Shown piece by piece: positions 52,144-64,000 of a stretch of DNA of 64,000 nt. Where the stretch lies: NCBI RefSeq assembly GCF_037042905.1, contig NC_087245.1, forward strand, positions 13,952,001 through 14,016,000, given 5' to 3'. This stretch comes from Lytechinus pictus. Its lineage: Eukaryota. Numbering within the stretch: the stretch's first letter is position 1; every line of letters starts with the position of its first letter. Under the pieces are notes generated by a model. It did not search any database. It saw only the letters and a list, made by a program, of their open reading frames with translations, and was not told the origin of the DNA. Both the position numbers and the translations under genes were made by a program.

Positions 52144-52210
52144 ATGAGTTCGGATGATGCAGCTAGCTCTATCACTAGTGGAGGCGACTCGACATCTTCT
52201 GGAGCTATAG
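52144..52210 (+). CDS. Putative first coding exon of an unidentified downstream gene (MSSDDAASSITSGGDSTSSGAI)
   Basis: ATG followed by an open Ser/Gly-rich frame ending at a consensus donor AG|GTAAGT; possible acceptor tttctccag at ~52074-52082. No homology recognised. Confidence 0.4.
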
Positions 52211-53232
52211 GTAAGTGTATGATATTGATTGTGATTTACGAGTAATTTTGGTCTTTGTCTCGCTCTGTCAGAATTTGTACGGTACCGGAAGACCCCTCAT
52301 CACTCCCCCGTGTGTACTCGCCTACCAATAGCTGAGATGGGTAGTGTGGCGCCATTCGCCTGCTTTTAGCAGCCGGCAGTCGAGGCCCATTTAGCTTTGC
52401 TTTTGAATCTAAAACTAAGCTTTAATAACATAGTTAGCTTTGTATTTGTGTATGATGGTGTGTGTGTGTGTGGGGGGGGGGGGGTTAAATGATGCTCATG
52501 ACTTGAATGAATGTACAGTATGAATCAATTAAAAATATTTTTAAAAATAAAGCCAGGGGTAGACAGTCTGTGCAGTCTAATTAAACTAAAATTAGAGTCC
52601 AGGCAGGGCCCAGTCCCAGGCTCAAAATGAAATTGATTTGAACAGATACTGAGATAGTATGAAATAAATCAAAACAAAATTTGATCAAAATTGGACAAAG
52701 AATATAACAAAATTAAGGCATTTTAAAGACTTGCATTACATCATGTAAGATGTATTATTGTGAAACAGTTGCAGTTCTACTTCTTGTAGGCATGTCTTCA
52801 CAAATATTCAATGTAGATTCTAACTGATGATGTCATGCCCCCACTTTTTATTTTTTTACTGTATACTCTAGTCTCTAGATCTATTATGTTTAGACTCTTA
52901 ACTTAATTTTTTGTCGTCCAAGAACTTAAAACATTGGATTGTCAACTTATTTAGTTTAGGGCCTAGACCCTTTTATTAGATATTTATCACTGCAACTTAT
53001 TCAGGGAGACATACAAAATACATTTATGAAAATAAAAAGCTACAATGTACATGTAGTTGGGGATGTGACATCATCAGCCTTCATAATGAATATTCATGAT
53101 GACATGCATAATAACTATTATAACAAAATATTGCTGAAGTGTAAATTTTTTATCAAATTTTGATGAAATTTTCAGCATTTTGCTCTATAAATTTTGCTCT
53201 TATTTATTCTCAGCCCAGGAGTACCCCTTTAA

Positions 53233-53775
53233 AGGAAACCAAAACACAAGGAGAGAAGCAATCTTATTGGAAAGAGTAAAATGAGAGGTCAGAGGAACAA
53301 TTTAAAACAAGTTTCGTCAAAATCGGTTATAGAATAAGCGAGGTTAATATGGAAGTTTGAGAAGTCTTGTACTTTCTATGGGGATCCTCAAATTGGCAAA
53401 TATGCTTAAAAATTGATAATTTTGTGGACAACCCTCCATTTGTTTTTTACACATATTTTCAGATTTTCCCCTTAATATTACATATTTCACATCTCCTGAC
53501 CTTGACATATGTGATGTGAATTATATTTTCCCATGACATACATGTATGCCATGCTCAGAATGAGGCAATAAGCAATTTTAAAGATTTTAGAGAAAATCTG
53601 AAAAATTGTGTACAAAACAAATGGAGAGTTGTCCACAAAATCAGATATTTTAAAGCATGTTTGCCAATTTTGCTTACCGTATTCCACAACCGATTTTGAT
53701 TAAACTTGTTTTAAATTGTTCCTCTTATTTACGCTTTCCAATAAGATTGCTTCTCATCTTGGGTTTTGGTTTCCT
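53233..53775. mobile_element. TTAA-flanked foldback MITE (Kolobok/piggyBac-type TSD)
   Basis: ttaa|aggaaaccaaaac ... gttttggtttcct|ttaa; arms are inverted over about 230 bp. Confidence 0.8.
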
Positions 53776-54324
53776 TTAAGCCAAGCATCAGTGTGTCATT
53801 AAGTCTACCTGAATCCTGTTATTCATGTAGTGTGTTACCTCAGGCAATCGCTCCACTAGACCACTCTACCGCTTCACTATGCTACACTACACGAACCAAA
53901 AGGGCCATTCCATATTTATTGGACCGTCAATTCACAAATGAGTAATTTTTCATCATGAATACTATACTTGATCAATGAAAAAAAAAAGAATTTACCAGGA
54001 ATCTATAATATGTACTCCACCAGTGATTGGCAACTATTTCACTCCTTTTTTGTGTTTCTATCAGTCTCAAAATCAATGATATAAAAACGTACCTATTTCT
54101 TCACACGTTATAAATTCCAGATTGAGTTTGGGCGAATGTTTGGATGATAATATAATATTGGCACTTTGTTAGGCAGCATCCAAAGTCATAGCCTAGTTCC
54201 GGGAACCATATTTTTTCAACTTATTAGTTCCAGGGCATCATTTACATGTAATTTACAGAAAAGGGTTTAGTTCCAAGGATCCTCGTTTTGCATCATTTAA
54301 AGAATTTTCATTGACTAATTTTAG

Positions 54325-54750
54325 CTTTGGCTTACCAGATTCCCAGATAAATAAACTACAGCATGTACAAAATGCATGTACCAGATTGTCTGTAATCCCC
54401 CAAACTCACCAATTGATGTATTAACACCCCTACTTTATGATCTGCACTGTCGTCCAATGGGTCAGCGAACTGAATTCAAAATAATGCTGTTCACATTTAA
54501 GAAACTGGATGGCATAGCTCCCACTTATCTCGGTGAACTAACATTGAAATCACCCACCCTGTCCTGCAGATTTCAAAGTTCTCATGACACCATGTTCTCA
54601 GTCACCCACCTTACAAAGATTACACTAGGTGATCGTGCCTTGTTAGTGCTGCATCCAAACTCTGGAATAGTCTCCCTTCCTCAATAAGAAACACATTACC
54701 TGGTACCTTGTTGAAAACTAAATAAAACCTACCCTTTTAAAGAGAGTTTA
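54325..54750 (+). mobile_element. Degenerate L2-like LINE 3' fragment
   Basis: GLPDSQINKLQHVQNAC and TPLLYDLHCRPMGQRTEFKIMLFTFK, similar to the L2 ITPxLxxLHWLPV..RI.FKI motif. Confidence 0.75.
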
Positions 54751-57700
54751 AATAGATAAGTCTCTATTTGTTATATAGTTTGTAGAGACAGTACGCTTCC
54801 CTTTTCCCTTAATTATAACTTTAATCATACTCTTGTTTACTCGTCTATTAAACTACAGTATTTCACTTTTAACTAGTTGAGTAAAATGCGCAATATAAAT
54901 GTACAATAAATTACTAACCCCTACTTTTATGACGAGCTGTTCTGGGGTCCCCTAATTTTACTTGCCAGTGGCACAAGGGTCTGCGTGAGATGTGGGCATG
55001 CTAGAAAATCAATGCCTGGTATTGTGTGCTCACCAATGCCTACCATGCATTCCCTTGCAGGGAGATAGGCATATTAATTTTTTTTAAACAAGTTCATTTT
55101 TCATGTGGTATTGGGTGCAAAGAATATATACTAATGATTGGCTGAACGCTATGGCATCAGTCCTTCAGCTCAGCAGAGTAATTGATGCTACAGAGTCTGA
55201 CCATTTTCCCCCATTATAATCCTGATAGTGATAATTCATGTATACCATGTACTTAATTGAATTTATTTTATTTTTCCAGATTTGTACACTATTGATTACT
55301 GATTACAATTCACTTTTCCATTATTCATAATTACAATTCACTTTCAGTTGTATGGAAAAGTGATTGTGAAATACCTGGTACATCCTGAAAAATGAAATGT
55401 GTATCTACGTATTTTTTAGTCTAGCAGAGGACCTGCTTTAATACTAGTAAGACACTTTCCATTCTCAAAGTTTAATTTCCACAAACCCCCAAACACTGAT
55501 GCACAGAGATATGCAATTATGAGTTTACAGTAGGCCTACATGAGAGGACACTAAACAAATCTTCAATTCACCAAATGGTATTGAATTATTGAAAAATTAG
55601 GAAATTCTGCTAAAAATGTATATAAGCCCTTGGATTGAACTATGTTGTTGGTTGTCTTCTACACTCATACAAAACAACAATACTGCTCAAACCAAGATGT
55701 TTTTTTAGCATTGTGATGAAAATGTCATAATTCAATACCATCATGAGGCACTACATGTATATGGTAGCCAAATAAAATGTACATGGATCACTGACAGGAG
55801 TTAAAATAAAAAATATGAATGGTTGTTGCTTTTTGAGAGAAGTTAGGCTTGTGAGTAGGGGCTATCCAAAATAAGATAGGCCTATAATTCAAAATAAGGG
55901 CTTTCTGAACAACATATATCACCCTGATTGAGAGTGTTAAGGTGTATCAATTCATGAAACCTCAGAATATATCATCTAACTTTTATTTGTGATAAAACAA
56001 GTAACATAGAACTTGTTCAATTGGCCCAGAGTAAAATTGCCAAATATCAGACACTTCTAATATTTGGCAGTTTTACTTTGGGCTAATCGAACGAGTAATA
56101 TATAATAATAATATAATTCATTGAAAAAAAATATTTTTATCAAAATACAATTAAAAACATCTTAAAAATATTTAGGTTGACAAAGGTATTAAAGTTTAGA
56201 TCTGGGTTTAAAGTGATACATGTACATGTACATGTTTGATCACAACAATATGACTTCTTTCTACATTTTTTGCATTGGATCTACATTATAAAATGAAAAG
56301 CTTGTGCCATTTTCCAGTATAAGGCCTGCAACTTTTCAGGTCGAAATCATATATCGTTACGCAACATTTCTTGAGTTCATGTATAATCTCAAAATTGCTC
56401 AAAATTATGATTTCATACGAATTCGATGAAAATTCTTTTTCTAGTTGTAATCCATAAAGTACTGCTTCAAAATCATTTCATATTATGGTATATCAAATTG
56501 ATGGAAAAAATTGGAACAGTAGAAGAATTTAAAAAAAATTGAATAACTTTAAAAGAATTTTACAATTTTGTGGATGAATTGTTCATTGTGCTTGATGCGC
56601 TTGCTGATATTTGTCACAATACAGATTAATGACTGAGATCTGCCCTGGTTATACAATGTCAGTATAGCTCAGGCTAAACAGGGTGAAACACATAATATCT
56701 TGCCATGGAAATTTGATGTCCAAGGAATAGTATACAGGACCAAGTAGCTTTAGCAACCCCTGACAAAACATGCTGTTTAATTGCTACTAGTGCTAGCTGG
56801 AATGGTGGTACTCCTGTCTTTGTACATGTAGGTCTTGTTGCAAACTATCAACTATTTACATCTACATGTATGTTTAACTTTAACCTTAAAATCTTGTGTA
56901 AGAATGAAATTGTTTGATCCCAATGGACCTTGCCATGCTTTACTTGAACTTTGTGGCAGCATTCATTCACACAATGTGAAATCAATTTCAGAAATGTAGT
57001 AAAATTATTACAAAGTGCTCATCTGTACATTACAGATCAAAACTTATTCATTTTCATGTATGTACAGTATACATGTAGAATTAGTCTGGTGAAAAGGGTA
57101 ATTACTCAGTAATTATTAACAGAAAGGCATTCTGCCATGACCCATCACTGTGTAGTCATTTTCCCCATGTGATGGGATGGTCAGAATGCCATTAGACCAT
57201 GTCAGATCAAATAAAACAAGCAATAGTTTTGGTATTGCCCAAAATGGCCATTCACCCATAATGTATCATTCTTCCTCTTCAGTATGCTCTTTAACCCATT
57301 ACCCTTTGGGAGCGGATGGTCCTTGTACTAGGTCTATGGAATCACTGATTTCAGTAGTCACTGGGTTAGTGAAGGTACATACATTTAGGGATGAGTCATT
57401 GCAAACAAAAAGAGGTTGGACATGGTCATTTATTGATGGCCTCCAAACCATTCACCATGTCCACTGTAGCCAGAAAGGGTAAACATAATTAACCATGTGA
57501 TCAGAGTGACCCTACTGTCAGGACGATGACGCCAGTGCTCTTAGAGAGCAAGGAGTTTAATACGAACCATACATTCACTTAAACTCTGATAAATGGATAC
57601 TGTGTATGTACATGTACGTGTACAGTGTACATCCATATTAAATTTCTTATAGGTTTTGTGTGTAAATCACACGTACATGTATGGCAGCTTTAATAAAGAT

Positions 57701-60700
57701 AAATAGATCTAGATCTGTGATTATTGTTTACATTGTTAGTAGTACAGTTTGGCAGGAGTATCAAAACATCAACATGAATTGTTTTAAATTTCGAAATACT
57801 GTATCTTATTTTTTGTAAAATCTGTTTTCCCTCATAATGTACTACAATGTACATGTACATGCATGTTTGTTCATTTTAAATGTCATTTAATTGTGATTTC
57901 AAATTAATGCTAATTTATTGCAGAATAGTAGAAAATATCAATAAGAGAATGTACAGGTATTCTAGAGCTGCTTACCGGTACCTTTTATATGCAAACCATT
58001 TTTTTTTCAGATTGAGCATTATACTATTCCTCACCTCATACATTTATATAGCAGGTGAATACAAATTGTTGAAGAATGTGGAATATTTTTTGTACTTCTT
58101 TCTCTCGGCTATTGTTGTGATTTTTTAAGGTGCGACCCACAAAGGATTAGAACATGAACCATTCACACAGGTCCCTATGAAAGCCAGAAATAAATTTCCT
58201 TTCTCTATTCGTTTTTACGTTTATTCTCATACCATGTCTTGGATGTCTTGGTTACTTTTTTCCATTAATTCTGGCACACAACTAGCAACTGGGAGAAGAA
58301 AAACAAATCAAATGATGTCCATTAAACATGAAACATGGGTTTATTGTCCATTACATTGTACATACTACAGGGTAGGTATTGTAAAATATTTGTCAAAAAG
58401 TTGAGAAGGCTCAGATAGAGTCTACCATGTTTGGAGATTATCAGTATGATATTTTATGTACAATGTATGAAATGTTATATTAGTTTTCTTTTTAAATCTT
58501 TTACTGGAAATGGTGAAAAATGCAAAGACCTCTGGATGAATCAAAGATCAGCCTGATGTAGCCATGAAGCCTTCAGGGAATGGGGTTGACTTTTCCCTTG
58601 ATGAATGTGATCTCAGCTAATCACAAATTCTTAGCTTTTAAAGAATCATCAGTATTAAATGACAAGTCCACCCCCCAAAAAAGGTGATTTTAACAAAAAG
58701 AGAAAATCCAACAATCATAACACTTTTTTTTGCCCATTTTATCCGTTTTGCTATTTTTTTCTGTGAAAATGTGCAGAATAGAATTTGGCTTTTCATTATA
58801 CATGTAACAGGCCTACAAAGCCTTGACAAGAGGATATGGAATTGCTGACTAGTGAAATATGGAGAGTCTGAGACTGAGACTAGTTTTTGCTTGGACGAAA
58901 TTTTCAATCATCTATGACAAGGCGCATCCTCAAAGGAAGTAATTGACTGTTTTCATGCTTTGAATATTTCCTCTTTTTGAAATAAGGGTTAAAAAATGCA
59001 CATTGGCCTGTAGTATAATGTATTTATAATCAAATACTTTAACTTTAAAGAATTTTTATATAGGCCTACGTATGTAAAACTGTCTTAAAGTTCATTGGAA
59101 ATAAGAGTATGCTTGTACTGTAGGAAAAAGTATGCTGATTTAAATGTAAATTCATATTATTCTAGCTGTTCTAATTAAATTCCATATCAAGTTTTAAGAA
59201 ATAATATAGGCTACAGTATAGGCCTACATGTACTATGATAATAATTCATTTTCACTATTAAATTGACAAATTACTACAAAAAATGTCATTTATTATTTTC
59301 AAACAATTTTGAAGTTAAATAGAATATGATTTTAATGGAAGCCGTAGGGTGAAAAGGGCTGAATGGTCAGATGATGAACTTCAGTAGATTATCGAATAGG
59401 ATCAATTACACCACGCACTTTATACAGATCATTGAGTAATAGACCAGCTTGACTCCTGGAACAAAAGATAACCAGCTGGTCATCCCCTGTAGCATCATTA
59501 TTGTAACATGTGTGACAGCGCAGCTGTTTAATCTGTCATTGTCTGTCTACACTCTTCTCTATATTCATACACACACACTCACACACACACACCCACAGTC
59601 CCCACACACCCTCACCCACAACCCCCTCTTACTCTGTCTTTTGCTGGTGATCTGTGCTCACTCTATTCTCGCTTTGGCTGTGTTCAATCGACATACATAC
59701 ATACACCAAAGGAGCATGGTTTTCAAAGACATTTTAGTTCAAACCTAGGAGTTAACTCCTTGGTTCAAACTATGGTTGGGCTCAAACAATTTTTAAAGTA
59801 TTGATATAAATTCTAGAACTTGAATACATACATGTACATGAAATGCCCTAGTATAGCATTTTGAAAGGTGGAGCCACTGTTGATCACTTTAAACTAAGGT
59901 GGACGTGCATGGTCCCCGGATTCAGAGGGGGCTGTTTGACATATGTACGCACTGTGGATGGTGCCAGCTGCCCTATCATGGTCAACGTCATGTACGCAGA
60001 TGCCATGTTCAGAATGCCCAAGCCCTGACGATCCTCAGTTCGCGCATGCTTCGGCTACTGTTCAAAGATCTTTGCAGGTTGGCTCCGCCTCCTCCTGCTG
60101 TGTGAAGTGACATCAGCAGATCTTTGGACCAATGCTGATGTAGCCAAAAGCAGCGAAGCATACCTGTACATGTATGTGTACCATGAATGTGTACATGTGC
60201 CGCATGACTGGCTGATTATCGACATCTGCATGGAAATCACGTTGATAATTTTTCGTAATGAAGATGGCGTCGAGTACAAAACCGTCCAACAGCCCCAAAG
60301 ATGGTGCTCCTTTAATAGTTAACTACAAAACATAAATCCCAAATCTCAATCATATCTCTCTGATGGATTTTTGTGCTAGCAATTCGAAAATGCATATTAT
60401 TCTAACCTGGGTTGAGTTGCCGTTGGAGAATCTATGTTGATGAAACATGGCCATTGACTATCCTTTGTGTGTATGTACTTTCTACATTTTAATTTTTTTT
60501 TAAAATTTATGTTTCATACTTTAGCTTTTAATACATCTAGGCCCATATGAGGAAATCATTTTAACTCACCCTTCATCAATAGCTCTCAACTTGGCAACCA
60601 TGAAAGAGGTTGTCATGCTAATTAGTAAAGCTTGTCTATTCTCCATTGGTCTGTCACAATCAAGGCTCATTGAAAGATTTCTCCATATGTGACAGATGCC

Positions 60701-63700
60701 CAACCTTTTTATCATAATTGTGGTAAGGTTTTAATAGCTACATGTAATATCTAATACTCTAATCCTCGATGATGCATTTGCAATGATACCACTACCTACA
60801 TGTACAGATGGTAGAGATGCTCAAGCTCCACATACACACACAAAAGAGAAGAAATAATAATTAATAACAAAGACTTTTCCATTATCTAACTAGATTTGAA
60901 TGCAAATGAATAGATTTCTCTGTTCCTTGTTGCATGTAATCTGTAGTAGGCCAAATCTGTGGGCTTCGTGTACATACATAGTACAAGTAGGCTGCAGAAA
61001 CACAATTGTTAGTATACATGTTTGCACATCGATCATGTTCTTGTACCAGTAATTGAATATTGACAATATACATGTATTTTTTCCAGTCATCAAGTGCATT
61101 TATTTATATACAGATACATTTAATAGCCTTTAGTGGATTCTACTGTAGTAGTATGATTGCTTTCTAAATCACGTTTCTGATTGGAAGTCCTCTCTTGTAG
61201 ATGCTTGTTAAATTCCTAAACGAACACCATTCTATCGTCACCTTCCCTCGTTTCAACTGTAATCCTTCTACCAATACGACTGCATGTGTCCCCTTTCTAA
61301 TGTACTGTGAATATATATGCTGTAGACCCAGATAAGAGCCAGATATTCAATTGAAATCAATTCAGAAGTGCGATGACAGGCCAATTACAAAGGCTCTGGA
61401 TCTCCAGGACTAGACACTATTTTCATTGAAAACTTTTCACGGCCTGCCTCATTGGTATCCATTAGTCTCTTCACAAGACGAATCCAGGAATGCTATTAAA
61501 GGGAAAGTTCACCCTGACGAAACGTTTGTTAAGAAAAAAAAAACATAAAAAATAAGTAAAAAACTTGGTGAAGGTTTGAGGACAATCCATCAAAGATTAA
61601 GAAAGTTATTAAAATTTTGAATCTTGATTTGTGACGTCATAAACAAGCAGCTGCCCCTGATTATATGTACATGTAATAACTGCAGAAATTTTGAATGGTA
61701 CTTGATGACTTTATTTTTGTTTTCGTTCAGGAGCGAGTGTGAAATTATATGTCTATTGATATACTGAAAAATACAATAACATCCAATTTAAATCATCTGA
61801 GAAAATGACATTTAGTTAATCTTTTTGCCATAAAAATATAATATGTTGGAAAATTGCTCACATATGATATCAACAAATTGAAATTCTTAAACAAAGATGG
61901 ATTTCTTTACACCTTCACATATATTTTTGTTTTTTGTGCTATTTTTACAATATACAATGTACAGTACTTATTGTATTTTAAGGGTAAAATGTATTCCAGC
62001 AAATACATGTAGTTTGGTATCTATCCCCTTTCATGCATATGCTCATACACATGAAGATAAATTCATTTTAATAAATGAAAAAAACCACCTTGTTTGTCAG
62101 TGAGTACGTGGAGGCCTACATGTACATGTATACAGTATTTTGATTTTACACAGACAAGGCTCTCTGAGTTTGGTATACAGTTATACACATTATTTAAAAA
62201 TCATTGCATTCTGATTACATTTGCAGAGTGGAGATAAAGATACATGATGTACATAGAGAGGGAGAAATAGCTACGTGTATAAGTAATAATTTTTTTTCAA
62301 CTTGATGTCATGCCATACTACATGTATGTGTTTAATTTTTATTTTCTGAAGTCTGAACCATTTTAAGGTACCATTACATTTAAAGATAAATGCCAGTTGT
62401 GGTAACGATTTCAAAATGAGTTCATACAGAATCCAATTAAATGACCACCAAAGTGTCTGTTTGTATAAATAAAAAATATTTATGCCATTTAAGGATTCTG
62501 GAAGAAATTGTGTAATTGCTGAGAAATTAGCAAATAAGCACGGGATTCGGGTCAAGCGTCGGGCCGACATTCAAAGCAATAACAATACACTGTCCGACGT
62601 GCGCTTATCTATGTTGGTGATCTTCAGTGTGAACATTTTTCAGCGTAGATTTAAAGATTTCACAAAGTTCAGTTTATGTAACTGTACCAGATCTAGATCC
62701 TCGATGATATGACAATTAAGCCTGGTTTTACAGACATTCTCGTGAAATCAGTGTTTACTGCAACTACTTTCATTTATCTTTAAAAGTTTTTAAAAGATTT
62801 TTCTTGACCTTTTTTAAGATTAGCTGTTCTCTTTTTAAAACTTTAATAGATTAAAAAAAAGAGGTACTTTAATTTGAAATTATTGTGGTAGAACATGAGA
62901 AAGTGCTCATACATGTAGGAAAGTAAGCATGACTTTCTCCCATTATACAGATCTTTGTCTCATCTGTATACATGTGTACCGGGGGTACATGTATTTTTGT
63001 TTTTGCAATTTTCAGCTCATTTAATTTTCAGAGCCTTTAGTTTTCATTATTACTGAACATTTTGGGTGCTTCATAAACGTACAGTGTGTACCTGTACGTC
63101 AGACCATAGAAGATCTTCATGTATATCTCCATTCACCTTGATTTTATTTAGGATTTCCGTAAGAATTATTGCTTGCATTGTCTGTAATTAACTTTAGTTT
63201 AACTAACCTCCTTTTCACACGGAAAAAAATCGTAATTTGAATGATGATTGTGCACAGTGAAAAATAAGGCTAATGATGAATTTTTAGCACGTGTGAAACC
63301 AAACTAGAATCATGAACGCTAATCACAATACACAATCATGATTTCAAATTCTGCACTGGACGTGAATTCCAGTTAATGTAAGTTTCACTCAAATTACGCT
63401 ACAAATTTTCTGTGTGAAAGGTCCGATGATTCTAAAGACAACTGCAATCATCATTACAATGATGATTCAAGATTTACGTGTGAAAGGGCGGTAAGAACTT
63501 TTGTTATGATGGTCCTTTAAAAATAATTGCTAGAGTTTCAGTATGACCTTTGTGTAGGTGAATCTGACAAAGAGGTAAGCTGCTGCAGGTCTAGAGTACT
63601 TTCCTACTTTCAATGAGAGTTACTCCAAGGAATTCAAGGCATTCACTCCAAATTTCTAAGTCAAATACCACCATCTCAAGTTCGAATACTTTTCTGCCCA

Positions 63701-64000
63701 AAATTGTTGCTAGTGTTTCCCTCTGCCATTTCCTCTACCCCTTCATATTATTGATTGGTAAATGTATCTTCCATCAGAAGAAAGAAAATAAAGTACAGTC
63801 GATAAAATATGTATTTTAAAAAAAACATGGAAAAGAAAAAAAAATAAAACAAGTTTTATGAGCAAGACCTTTGAATCTTCATAGGCCATGTGGCAATGAT
63901 CTTCTGAAAAACCCTATAAAATACAGTACATACTTAGAAAAGAAAATATTGGGTAGGAGACTTCTCACTGGTATTGATGACAGAACTGAAAGGTTTGATA

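Noticed and set aside
59890..60322. GC-richer stretch with several short ORFs
   Set aside because: No recognisable domain or consistent exon boundaries; probably a decayed repeat or intronic element.

Overview
Repeat-rich animal genomic DNA with spliceosomal introns; the repeat families suggest a sea urchin or other marine invertebrate (inference). Host genes: two tandem + strand copies of a histamine N-methyltransferase (HNMT)-like gene with four coding exons. Copy A (607-8849) is intact at 305 aa. Copy B (36614-47008) has a +1 T in a homopolymer. A probable first coding exon of another gene lies at 52144-52210. The rest is mostly mobile DNA: (i) a near-full-length ~4 kb APE-RT LINE (24576-28612); (ii) a 6.5 kb CCC-terminated element with terminal inverted repeats (TIRs) and a higher-order minisatellite; (iii) a young gag-protease-only LTR element with atypical CGCCAT...ATGGCG termini in intron 1 of copy B; (iv) a four-level nested transposon stack (12.4-17 kb); and (v) many MITEs, SINEs, LINE fragments and a 1.2 kb (ACT)n array. 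The most interesting feature is the LINE: its polyprotein starts with a signal-peptide-like leader followed by a viral-type 2A/StopGo motif (DVEPNPG|P), with a correctly phased G_GGA_AAA slippery heptamer at the frame break in the leader.
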